Below, piece by piece: positions 10,237 through 18,469 of a stretch of 64,000 nucleotides of DNA. Each line of letters opens with the position of its first letter. Position 1 is the stretch's first letter. The stretch is from an uncultured delta proteobacterium (GTDB lineage: Bacteria > Desulfobacterota > RBG-13-43-22). The stretch is from the NCBI GenBank assembly GCA_963838485.1, contig CAWIRY010000091.1, forward strand, positions 128,658 to 192,657, read 5' to 3'. Under the pieces are notes generated by a model. The model was not told the DNA's origin and searched no databases. It was given only the letters and a program-made list of their open reading frames with translations. The translations under genes and the position numbers were made by a program.

Positions 10237-10350
10237 ACCCGAAGGGATGGCCTGTATAGAAAGAGAATCATTTCATTTTTAATACTACAGGGGACGATCC
10301 AGGAAAAACAACCTGGAATGATCAGAAACAATGCCCTTACCCTTAATGGA

Positions 10351-10452
10351 TTACTTGCCTCTCTTCTTTCGCTGATGCCGTGTTTTCCTCATCAACTTTT
10401 TATGCTTATGCTTCCGCATCTTTTTCCGTCTTTTCTTGACTACGCTGCCCAT
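10351..10452 (-). CDS. 33-aa highly basic protein resembling bacterial ribosomal protein bS22 (AURKAIP1/COX24-like); below the ORF-track cutoff
   Basis: The minus-strand ORF reads MGSVVKKRRKKMRKHKHKKLMRKTRHQRKKRGK. A GAGGGG ribosome-binding site lies 6 nt upstream. It matches the MGSV(I/V)KKRRKRM.KKKHRKLL..TR.QRR pattern of bS22. Confidence 0.55.
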   Translation of the reverse strand: MGSVVKKRRKKMRKHKHKKLMRKTRHQRKKRGK

Positions 10453-10622
10453 CCAGTTCCCCTCTTGAGAAATTTCTGAATCGATTTATTAAAAATACCT
10501 TTTATAATCGATTTAACCGTTATTGGCAAGAAAAATAATTTTTCAAATAACTTCTTGACAATATTCTTTTTTTTATTAAATTATAAAAATAAGACTTAAA
10601 TTTGCCCCTGAGGAGGAAAAAA

Positions 10623-10808
10623 ATGGCCATGACGAAAAAACCGGTTACCAAAGCTGCTCCCAAAAAAACTTCCCGGGTAGGGACCAAATACGCCTGTAGC
10701 GACTGCGGGCTGTTGGTCACCGTTGATCAAGACTGCGGTTGTGATACCGTGGATCTGATTTGTTGTGGGACTCCCATGAAGAAAAAACGGGCCGCTGCCA
10801 AAAAATAA
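10623..10808 (+). CDS. Small cysteine-rich, lysine-rich protein (61 aa), a putative metal-binding or zinc-ribbon protein
   Basis: A GAGGAGG ribosome-binding site sits 7 nt upstream of the ATG. The Cys pattern is CSDCG..(9)..CGCD..(6)..CCG. Confidence 0.45.
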   Translation: MAMTKKPVTKAAPKKTSRVGTKYACSDCGLLVTVDQDCGCDTVDLICCGTPMKKKRAAAKK

Positions 10809-11055
10809 AAACGCCAGGCAGTCCTTTTTATACTTTTTCCCTCTCCCGTACTAACTCCCGTACTGCTTACTAATGATGCGAGCAAGTACAAACGGATATT
10901 TTTGCCCTGCCTTTCTTTCCCCTTTTGGTTTTGTCGTCTTATTGTTTCAAACCGGCGTATGTGGTCGGAGAGAAACCTTCTTTTGATTTGTTGAGTTTAT
11001 AATTTCCTCATCCCCCAGGGATATTTGGTGGACGAAGAATGACACAAAGGAGCCT

Positions 11056-11178
11056 ATGAATCCCGAATCTCTTGAACTGATGGAGTTGACCAGAGAACCT
11101 AAGATCGCCTATTTTTCCATGGAAATTAATACCCATCGCATGATGCGGCGTTATGATACCGAAGCCTATATCAGGTAG
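11056..11178 (+). pseudogene. Remnant of the N-terminus of an alpha-glucan (glycogen) phosphorylase gene (40 codons, then a stop)
   Basis: MNPESLELMELTREPKIAYFSMEINTHRMMRRYDTEAYIR*. The IAYFSME signature matches the GlgP-family N-terminus; an AGGAG ribosome-binding site precedes it; the gene body is absent. Confidence 0.4.
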
Positions 11179-11200
11179 AGGGCGGGGGAAGATGTTTTAT

Positions 11201-12304
11201 TCAGGAGAACAGCTTGGATAGACGGGAACCTGATTTTTTATGCTCCGATTCCTCAAATTCCCGCAATAGTTCTTCTTGTTTTTTGCTCAAATGGGTGGGG
11301 ATTTTTATCGATACTTGGATGATCTGATCCCCTTTGCCCGACCCTCGAAGGTGAGGGAATCCTTCTCCTTTCAGGCGCAGGGTCTGGCCGTTCTGAGTCC
11401 CTTTGGGGATGGTCAGTTTTTTAGGATTAGTCAAAGTGGGAACCTCAATGACCGCTCCCAGAGCGGCCTGGGTGATGGAAATAGGTATTGAGCAGACCAC
11501 ATCGTCCCCTTCTCGGTGAAAGAAATCATGTTCTTCGACATAAACGACGACATATAAGTCCCCCGGCGGACCCCCGTTGATTCCCCCCTCGCCCTGGCCC
11601 CGGAAACGCAATCGGGACCCATTGGAAATTCCAGGGGGGATCTTTACTGACAGGGTTTTGGTCTCTTCGATCCGTCCCTGACCGTGACAGGCTTTACAGG
11701 GATGGCTGATCACCTGTCCCTGTCCATGACACCTGGGGCAAGGGGTGCTTATTCGAAAAAACCCCTGGGCTTGGACAACCTGCCCTCTTCCGCCGCAGGT
11801 AGGGCAGTATTCAGGGCTTGTCCCGGGCTCCAGACCGCTTCCCTGACAGACGGAACAGGTTTCCAGGCGGGGAATTTTTAACTCAAGCTCCTTCCCATTG
11901 GCCGCCTCCATAAAAGAAACGGAAAGATCGTATCGAAGATCCGCCCCTTCCCTGGCCCGGGAAGCGCCTCCCCGGCCCCTTCGGCCAAGGCCGAAAAAGT
12001 CTTCAAAGATATCACCAAAACTGGAAAAAATATCTTCAAAGCCTCCAAACCCGCTGAAACCGGTACTCTTTAACCCCTCATGGCCGAACCGGTCATAGAT
12101 TTCCCTTTTCTGGGAATCATGCAAAACTTCATAAGCCTCGGCCGCCTCTTTAAACCGCTCTTCAGCCTCTTTGTCTCCGGGATTTCGGTCCGGGTGATAT
12201 TGGAGGGCCATTTTCCGGTAAGCCTTTTTGATCTCTTCTTCATTGGCCTGCCTGGAAAGCCCCAGGATCTCGTAATAATCTCTTTTATGGTTATTGTTGG
12301 GCAT
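11201..12304 (-). CDS. dnaJ: Molecular chaperone DnaJ
   Basis: J-domain (YYEILGL...HPDRN), a G/F-rich region, four CxxCxGxG zinc-finger repeats and a C-terminal domain. Confidence 0.95.
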   Translation of the reverse strand: MPNNNHKRDYYEILGLSRQANEEEIKKAYRKMALQYHPDRNPGDKEAEERFKEAAEAYEVLHDSQKREIYDRFGHEGLKSTGFSGFGGFEDIFSSFGDIFEDFFGLGRRGRGGASRAREGADLRYDLSVSFMEAANGKELELKIPRLETCSVCQGSGLEPGTSPEYCPTCGGRGQVVQAQGFFRISTPCPRCHGQGQVISHPCKACHGQGRIEETKTLSVKIPPGISNGSRLRFRGQGEGGINGGPPGDLYVVVYVEEHDFFHREGDDVVCSIPISITQAALGAVIEVPTLTNPKKLTIPKGTQNGQTLRLKGEGFPHLRGSGKGDQIIQVSIKIPTHLSKKQEELLREFEESEHKKSGSRLSKLFS

Positions 12305-12311
12305 AAAAATA

Positions 12312-12683
12312 TTAAGACCTCAGCATCATCTGAATTTTTAAGGTTTGTTCCTCGTCATGAACGGCCTTAAAGGCCATCAGGGCCTGCTGAAATCTTCCAT
12401 TGGCCAGGGCCTTTTCCCCTACTTTTCGCCAGGCCTCGTCGGTAGCGACTTCCTTCAACAGTTTGCTTGATTGGTGCAATAAAAAAGGATCTCCTTCTTC
12501 GATACTTTGCTCCATAATTCGCCGAATCCCTTCCGTATCCTTGGCCTTCTCGAAAAAATCAAGGGTGTCCGCCAGACGATCCTGGTTAAAATATTCATGG
12601 CCGTATTGGACCAGTTGATCGCTGTTGATCTGAGGATTATGAAGTAAGTCTCTTTTTTTTAAACAGCTTAAGATTTTGGGCAT
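12312..12683 (-). CDS. Hypothetical protein (123 aa) co-oriented immediately upstream of dnaJ
   Basis: ORF only. Confidence 0.4.
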   Translation of the reverse strand: MPKILSCLKKRDLLHNPQINSDQLVQYGHEYFNQDRLADTLDFFEKAKDTEGIRRIMEQSIEEGDPFLLHQSSKLLKEVATDEAWRKVGEKALANGRFQQALMAFKAVHDEEQTLKIQMMLRS

Positions 12684-12779
12684 CAGGGACCTTTCTCGAC
12701 CGTTTTTTCTCTCAAGGACAACAGATTGCCCTTACCCCCGATTAAGGCTGGTTATTCAATAATCATTTAGCAGAATCTT

Positions 12780-13135
12780 GTCAAGACAATCATGATGAAC
12801 TCGTAAAAAGTCCGCAAGCACCCATTTTAGTCATTCCCGTAAAAAGGGAATCCAGTGTTTTTAATTGGTTACGCCTGGCCTGGATTCCCGCCTGCGCGGG
12901 AATGACGACTTTTTACAGGACCATCAATCATGATGAACTCGTAAAAAGTCATCAAAGAGACGGCACAGTAAAAAGCTCCAGATGCAAGGCGCGCAAATCC
13001 TGAGGAGTGAGGCGTACTTATATGTACGCTGCAACGACGAAGGATGCCGCGCAACACAGCAGGTGGACTTTTTACGAAGCCGTCAATCATTAATTCTTCC
13101 CGCCACGGAGAGGGTTAATTCCCTTTATTTTTCAG
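12780..13135. repeat. Non-coding region dense in direct and inverted repeats
   Basis: An exact 26-nt direct repeat (caatcatgatgaactcgtaaaaagtc) occurs at 12787-12812 and 12925-12950. gactttttac/gtaaaaagtc inverted arms and a ttcccgc-ctgc-gcgggaa hairpin occur at 12886-12903. Confidence 0.7.
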
Positions 13136-13210
13136 GACCATCGGATTAAAAATGTGTTAAAATGATTTTCATGACCGGTTTGTTAATATTGGGCAAGGCC
13201 GAGTATCTTT

Positions 13211-14302
13211 ATGAAAAGAGAGACGATGAAAGATATTTATCAAGAAATAGCACAAGAGCTTAACCAGGGCCGGGAAATAATCCTGGCCACCATCATCAGG
13301 CAGAAAGGGTCTGCCCCACGGGCCCAGGGCACGCAATTCCTGATCCGGCCTGACGGGACCTTTCTCGGTACCATCGGCGGGGGGAGATTGGAGGCCGAGG
13401 TCCTGATCCAGGCCCCCCAGGTATTTTCCAAAAGGAAAAATAAGATTCTCTATTTCCGTTTGAGAGGGGAAGAGGTGGCCGAAACCGAGATGATCTGCGG
13501 CGGAGAAGTCGATATTTACCTGGAACTCTTTTCCGGTCTGAACCCCCAAGACCTTAATCTTTTTCGGAAGGCTTTGGAGCTTCGTGAGAAAGGACGGCCC
13601 TGCCTGTTGGCCACTTTGCTGGAGGATGGGATATCGGCCGATCGGCAGGACAAAAAATTCCTCTATGTCCCGGAAGAAAGCCAGGACCCGGATGCCTTTC
13701 CCTGGATAACCCCGCTCCTCAAAAACCTTCCTCAAATTTTGGAGGGAAACAAACCCCATCTGATGAAAACCCTGATTCAGGGTGAAGAGAAGGGGATATT
13801 TCTGGAACCCTTAATACCCATTCCAGGCTTATATATCTTCGGGGCGGGTCACATCTCCTTGTATCTTTGCACCTTGGGCAAGATGGTCGGTTTCCGGGTT
13901 ACGGTCTTTGATGATCGAGCCGAATTCGCCAACCGGGAGCGTTTTCCCGAGGCCGATGAAATTTGCGTTCGGCCTTTTGAACAAATGCTCGAGGGATATT
14001 CTTTCGGCCCCAATGCCTTTATTGTGATCGTCACCCGCGGTCATTTGCACGATCATCAACTATTGCGAGAGCTCCTTAAAGATCATCCCCGTGATATCGG
14101 CCCCGGTTATATCGGAATGATCGGCAGCCGGCATAAAAGGGGGGTTATTTTCAAGGCCTTGAAAGAGGAAGGATTTCCGGAAGACCTGATCCATTCCATC
14201 CACGCCCCCATCGGGCTGGACATCCATGCCGAAACTCCGGAAGAAATTGCCGTGTCCATCACGGCCGAACTCATCCAGGTTCGAGGACAGGGAAAAGTCT
14301 AA
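13211..14302 (+). CDS. XdhC/CoxI-family accessory protein (Mo-hydroxylase maturation factor-like)
   Basis: 363-aa ORF with an N-terminal XdhC_CoxI region (ILATIIRQKGSAPR) and a C-terminal Rossmann-like XdhC_C region (IFGAGHIS...VFDDR). Confidence 0.7.
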   Translation: MKRETMKDIYQEIAQELNQGREIILATIIRQKGSAPRAQGTQFLIRPDGTFLGTIGGGRLEAEVLIQAPQVFSKRKNKILYFRLRGEEVAETEMICGGEVDIYLELFSGLNPQDLNLFRKALELREKGRPCLLATLLEDGISADRQDKKFLYVPEESQDPDAFPWITPLLKNLPQILEGNKPHLMKTLIQGEEKGIFLEPLIPIPGLYIFGAGHISLYLCTLGKMVGFRVTVFDDRAEFANRERFPEADEICVRPFEQMLEGYSFGPNAFIVIVTRGHLHDHQLLRELLKDHPRDIGPGYIGMIGSRHKRGVIFKALKEEGFPEDLIHSIHAPIGLDIHAETPEEIAVSITAELIQVRGQGKV

Positions 14303-14320
14303 CAGGAAAGAAAAAACAAG

Positions 14321-14352
14321 TGGTGGGCGATGCGGGACTTGAACCCACGGCC
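14321..14352 (-). tRNA. 3'-terminal fragment of a tRNA gene (T-arm, acceptor 3' strand, discriminator and CCA); no 5' half is present
   Basis: The rc reads ...GGCCGUGGGUUCAAGUCCCGCAUCGCCCACCA. It has a canonical T-loop UUCAAGU with a 5-bp T-stem, a 7-nt acceptor strand and an encoded CCA. The expected 5' acceptor strand GGGCGAU is absent upstream. A G3:C70 pair argues against tmRNA. Confidence 0.6.
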
Positions 14353-15028
14353 TTTGGTTCCGGAGACTCTCCCGAAGAATCAGACAACATAAAAGAAAAG
14401 CCAAAAAAAGATGGGAACTCAACCCCTTAATTCATGGGGAAGGTTCCTTTTTTTATGTTATTTTTGGTTATTTGACAATGGTTCATTAGAAAGTCGTTAG
14501 AAAGTTTAGCTTGTAGAGAGGGAGGAATGACCAAAAACTAAAGAAGGAATTACCTTTGCCGAACCCATTCTTCTGAGGACCTTCACCTGGTCCATGGGAT
14601 AAAAATTCATAGTGTCACTCTCTAATGTTTGACCATATTTCACTCGAAACAGGCCCTTCAGGCTTCCCAGGTTGGCCTGTAATCAACGATCTCCAATTTA
14701 GGCTAAGTTCCACAATCGTCAAAAGCCCACATTAAAACCCATTTATTTCCTCAAAAAAGTTCATATAGGGGCTGTTTTTTAAATAAATATTAATCCCCCT
14801 ATAAGATTTATATATCCCAAAAATTCAGCTATCGATTATCCTTGTCTGTTTTATTGTTTTATCAATTAAATTAGGCGATTAAGTAATACCCAGGCAAATA
14901 ATCCGGAAATATATAAAAGGAAAATGTTTCAGGGACAAAAATCCTTTTAAATTTCATGATTTCGGACTATAAATGAGCCATAGGTCCGGGTGGACTGAAG
15001 GTGGACACCTGGTGGATGTTTCGCTAAT

Positions 15029-15655
15029 ATGAATAAAGAAAAAACAATAGATCAACCTTTAATCAAAAAGGCTATACAACATCTAAAATCTTCAGATGAA
15101 GTTCTTTCAAAATTAATAAAAAAACATGGCCAATGTACCCTAAGCCCTGCCAAAAATAATCCATTTCACGCTCTCACGTCTTCTATAATTAGCCAACAGC
15201 TTTCAGCCGCAGCCGCAAGGTCAATAAAAGGTAAACTTTTTTCGTTTCTTGCCTCGGAGCAATTCACACCCGAAGGCATATTAAAAATGATCCCGAGAAG
15301 TTTTAAGGAAGCGGGGTTGTCACGGACCAAGCAGAATTATATTATGGGGATAGCCTTTGCAGTTCAACATGGTGAACTCGATTTCGCCTCACTTGCCGAA
15401 TGTGGGGATGAAGATATTATTTCTCAGCTTGTTGCTCTGAAAGGAGTTGGAAGGTGGACAGCGGAAATGTTTCTTATATTCGGACTTGGAAGGCCAGATA
15501 TTTTATCGCTTGGTGATGCTGGCCTAAAAAGAGGCTTTAGGTTAGCATATGGGCTCCAGCAGACCCCTTCTGCCGATGAAATGATTTCAATTAGTGAACC
15601 ATGGAGACCATACAGGAGCTTTGCAAGCTGGTATTTGTGGCGGGCAATTGATTAA
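15029..15655 (+). CDS. HhH-GPD superfamily DNA glycosylase (AlkA / 3-methyladenine glycosylase II-like, short form)
   Basis: Helix-hairpin-helix with GVG (LVALKGVGRWTAEMFLIFGLGRPD) followed by a catalytic Asp region (LSLGDAGLKRG). The codon usage is AT-rich and island-like. Confidence 0.75.
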   Translation: MNKEKTIDQPLIKKAIQHLKSSDEVLSKLIKKHGQCTLSPAKNNPFHALTSSIISQQLSAAAARSIKGKLFSFLASEQFTPEGILKMIPRSFKEAGLSRTKQNYIMGIAFAVQHGELDFASLAECGDEDIISQLVALKGVGRWTAEMFLIFGLGRPDILSLGDAGLKRGFRLAYGLQQTPSADEMISISEPWRPYRSFASWYLWRAID

Positions 15656-15707
15656 TCACAAAGGCACTAAGTCTCAATTGATTATAAATCATAATTGGAG
15701 ATACAAA

Positions 15708-16187
15708 ATGTTCATAATGGGCCATGAATATAATCGTAGGGATCTCCATAAAGAATATGGTGGTCAACGTCAGGGTGGTATTAGCACGCCTCAAAAATTC
15801 CCCATTATAATTCTCTTTACGGGAGAAGCAGGGGAGGAGTTTGGGTATAAAGATCGTTGGGATTCGTCTGGTGAATTTCTTTATACGGGAGAAGGGCAAA
15901 AAGGGAATATGACTTTTGTTCGTGGTAACAAGGCAATCAATGATCATATAGCTAATGGAAAAGATATTCATCTATTTAAATATGTCCGATCCGGAACCGT
16001 TCGATACCTTGATCAAATGATTTGCAATAGCTTTGAAATACGGCGTGGTCCCGATTTGAACGGTAACCAAAGAAATATTATTATTTTTCGTCTCATGCCT
16101 CTTTCTGCCTTCCAGTCCAACTATGAAAGACAAGAAGACCGGGAAGATTTTTTTCTAAATTATCCTTGGCAGAATTACGGAAGGTGA
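15708..16187 (+). CDS. SRA/YDG-like modified-cytosine-binding domain protein, the N-terminal part of a frameshifted SRA-HNH nuclease
   Basis: GYKDRWDSSGEFLYTGEGQKGNMTFVRGNKAINDHIANGKDIHLF matches the SRA pattern G..D..D.G.F.YTG.GG......N......N.AL. The ORF overlaps the HNH ORF out of frame across a T7 run (16148-16154). Confidence 0.55.
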   Translation: MFIMGHEYNRRDLHKEYGGQRQGGISTPQKFPIIILFTGEAGEEFGYKDRWDSSGEFLYTGEGQKGNMTFVRGNKAINDHIANGKDIHLFKYVRSGTVRYLDQMICNSFEIRRGPDLNGNQRNIIIFRLMPLSAFQSNYERQEDREDFFLNYPWQNYGR

Positions 16188-16522
16188 CCATTGGGAAGTC
16201 ACTGGACTCTGTTAAATCAACCGAGCGGACAGTAATGGTCTTTGAAAGATCAATAGCAATAAAGATATATGTTCATAAAAGGGCCGATGGAAAATGTGAG
16301 GCCTGTAATAGCGAAGCGCCTTTCTTTACTTTTACTGGAAATCCCTACTTAGAAGTCCACCATATACGGCGTCTTTCTGATGGAGGTCCTGACCATCCAG
16401 AATGGGTTATCGGGGTTTGTCCGAATTGCCATAGACGTTCTCATTTTAGTGTGGATAAAGATCAAGTTAATGAAAGGATGAAACTTATTGTCTTTGCAAA
16501 AGAAAATCAACTTTATAGTTGA
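16166..16522 (+). CDS. HNH endonuclease domain, the C-terminal part of the putative SRA-HNH Type IV restriction enzyme
   Basis: HNH motif CEAC...(N)...HHIRRLSDGGPDHPEWVIGVCPNCHRRSH. The frame is open upstream to 16127, so a single indel in the T7 run would fuse it to the SRA ORF. Confidence 0.7.
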   Translation: MAELRKVTIGKSLDSVKSTERTVMVFERSIAIKIYVHKRADGKCEACNSEAPFFTFTGNPYLEVHHIRRLSDGGPDHPEWVIGVCPNCHRRSHFSVDKDQVNERMKLIVFAKENQLYS

Positions 16523-16704
16523 AATATCCTTACTCGACGACGAATATCGGGAAACCTTCATGAAGGGCCTGAAATTGACCCTCTTAATGAAATATTCGTT
16601 CAGCTTGGAAAGGATTTATTACAAGAGATCCATTAGATCATGGTTTTCGGAAAGGCCAGCCTCCTTAAATCAAGGACCGCCTAATATCAAGAGGCATTAG
16701 CGTT

Positions 16705-17454
16705 ATGTGTGCAGACCCGATTAGAGAATTTACTCATTTTTTTGGAATTGAGGAAGAAAATGTCATTATAAACATTGCTAATTTAGGCGAAAATTTTTTT
16801 CTCATCCATAACTTGGATATACTATTCAGAACTTCCTTGGAAATAAAACCTCTTGATGACGTTAATCTTAATATTCCCATTTTTCTTTATCTTATTATAC
16901 ATGGTGAATTTTATCAGGGGATGGCAGCATTTTTGCGAATGCACCATTCCAAATCTTTTGTTAGTCTTCGGATAGCTCTTGACTGTGCGTTTACGGCATA
17001 CTACTTAATGAAACATCCGGACAAGACAGACATTTACCTGAGCAAATTGAATAACGATAAAAACCCAGAATGGAACAAAGTATTCCTCAATATTAAAAAA
17101 ACTATTAAACAAGATATTGATAATTATCCTTTAGCCAAAGGGCTACCTGAAATTCACCAGTTTTGCAGTATTTTTTCCCATTCAGACCCCATAGGCCTTC
17201 TGCATAGATACAGAATTAGTGAATCAAAATTAGAAGCGACATATTTTGACTATGAACCTAAGCTTGATGATTACAATAAATGGCTTGCACGATTGATAGG
17301 ACCATTTTTTAGTATTTACTTAGTATTCTGGCAAGAAATATTTAAGCATAAACTGGGGGCGAAAAGAGAACAGGTTGAAACTTCATTAAGCGAATATCTT
17401 TTACGGATAAACTCTTTTATTAAGCGGTATCCTCTGAGTGAGATCGGAACATAA
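16705..17454 (+). CDS. Hypothetical protein (up to 249 aa) with no recognisable domain; AT-rich, part of the island
   Basis: ORF only; the true start may be an internal Met. Confidence 0.4.
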   Translation: MCADPIREFTHFFGIEEENVIINIANLGENFFLIHNLDILFRTSLEIKPLDDVNLNIPIFLYLIIHGEFYQGMAAFLRMHHSKSFVSLRIALDCAFTAYYLMKHPDKTDIYLSKLNNDKNPEWNKVFLNIKKTIKQDIDNYPLAKGLPEIHQFCSIFSHSDPIGLLHRYRISESKLEATYFDYEPKLDDYNKWLARLIGPFFSIYLVFWQEIFKHKLGAKREQVETSLSEYLLRINSFIKRYPLSEIGT

Positions 17455-17670
17455 GATTCCAGCAGAAGCCTTCCTTTTTTCTCAAATCCCCATAAAATAT
17501 AATCCTAAATCCTCCTTATTACCCTTTCAAACAATAAGCCCATCTACCTGATATTTAATAATAATCAGGCATTATTTGCTTGACTTCATACTTTATCATG
17601 ATTATCGTTATAATGTAAATCATATAAATACCAAAGGTGATAGAGATGGTAAAGTCAAAATATTCTTGCT

Positions 17671-17753
17671 GTTTTATATTGAGTTCAGGGCTTCCGGAGG
17701 TCAAAAACCCAATGATTTTGACTCAGATTCGACCTAAAAACTCAATATAAAAC
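17671..17753. promoter_or_regulatory. Perfect 15-bp inverted repeat (gttttatattgagtt / aactcaatataaaac) flanking a 53-bp spacer that contains a nested 7-bp inverted repeat, 33 bp upstream of the small recombinase gene
   Basis: Read directly: 17671-17685 and 17739-17753 are exact reverse complements; the inner ggtcaaaa...ttttgact lies at 17699-17724. Confidence 0.6.
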
Positions 17754-17785
17754 TTTATTAAGCCAAAATAAGGGGGTAAAAAGCC

Positions 17786-18457
17786 ATGGATCGAACCCAT
17801 AATGTTATCAAGTTCCCGGCCACCAGAGGCAAAAGGAGGGACAGGATAAAGAAGATTGATGGGGTAAAATACTTCAACCCTAACCAGATCAAGTTACTCC
17901 GTAGGACGGTCAGGGATAAGGCCGAATTGGACCTAAAGAAGGGGAAAGTAACCGGGGTCAGGGAATGGATGGCCATAGACTTATTGACCTGTACTGGATT
18001 AAGAGTCTCGGAAGCGGCCAACCTCTGCTGTGGGGATCTCAGATTAGGCTATGGAGAGAATAAGGTCTTCGTCAGGAAGGGGAAGGGGTCAATTTCCGGG
18101 TCTGTTGTTATTAATGAATCCCTGAAAAAACATCTAAAGCAGTTCCTGGCCTGGAAAACTGACAGGAAGGAACCCATAGGGGGGGAGGATCCTTTATTTG
18201 TTGGTCAAAGGGGGAAATGGACCAGTCAAGCCATTCAGCAGACAGTAAAAAAATTTTTGAAGGCTTTGGGCCTTTATGAGGCTGGGAAATCGGCCCATTC
18301 CTTACGGCATTCCTACGGGGTCGAACTCTATGCCAAGGAAAAGGATCTCCGGGCTGTCCAGAAACAGTTACGGCACATTTCCATTCAGTCAACCCTGATC
18401 TATGCCGACGTGACGGATGAGAATATTTCACACCAAATAAAAGGGCTGTGGCAATAG
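17786..18457 (+). CDS. Small tyrosine recombinase (catalytic domain only, 223 aa; FimB/FimE- or shufflon-like size)
   Basis: Catalytic tetrad context: GLRVSEAANL (R), HSLRHSYGVELY (H-x-x-R) and STLIYADV (Y). An AGGGGG ribosome-binding site lies upstream. Confidence 0.8.
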   Translation: MDRTHNVIKFPATRGKRRDRIKKIDGVKYFNPNQIKLLRRTVRDKAELDLKKGKVTGVREWMAIDLLTCTGLRVSEAANLCCGDLRLGYGENKVFVRKGKGSISGSVVINESLKKHLKQFLAWKTDRKEPIGGEDPLFVGQRGKWTSQAIQQTVKKFLKALGLYEAGKSAHSLRHSYGVELYAKEKDLRAVQKQLRHISIQSTLIYADVTDENISHQIKGLWQ

Positions 18458-18469
18458 GAGGGGATAGCT

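Noticed and set aside
10237-10350. TPP riboswitch upstream of thiD
   Set aside because: No CUGAGA box and only a partial CUGAUC...CCAGG resemblance; left as a question for cmscan rather than annotated.
9964-10479. 171-aa plus-strand ORF across the thiD start and the bS22-like gene
   Set aside because: Antisense shadow; it has low-complexity, proline- and arginine-rich translation.
12869-13090. 73-aa minus-strand ORF within the repeat-dense block
   Set aside because: It spans inverted and direct repeats, with no ribosome-binding site and odd composition; most likely non-coding.
12780-13135. Possible CRISPR array, because of the repeated 26-mer
   Set aside because: Only two direct copies, with unequal spacing and mixed inverted repeats; no cas genes nearby.
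14321-14700. Possible tmRNA (ssrA) gene, given the E. coli tmRNA-like 3' end
   Set aside because: Acceptor pairing would be G3:C70 rather than G3:U70. No matching 5' GGGCGAU end and no tag-reading-frame or pseudoknot features are found within 400 nt.
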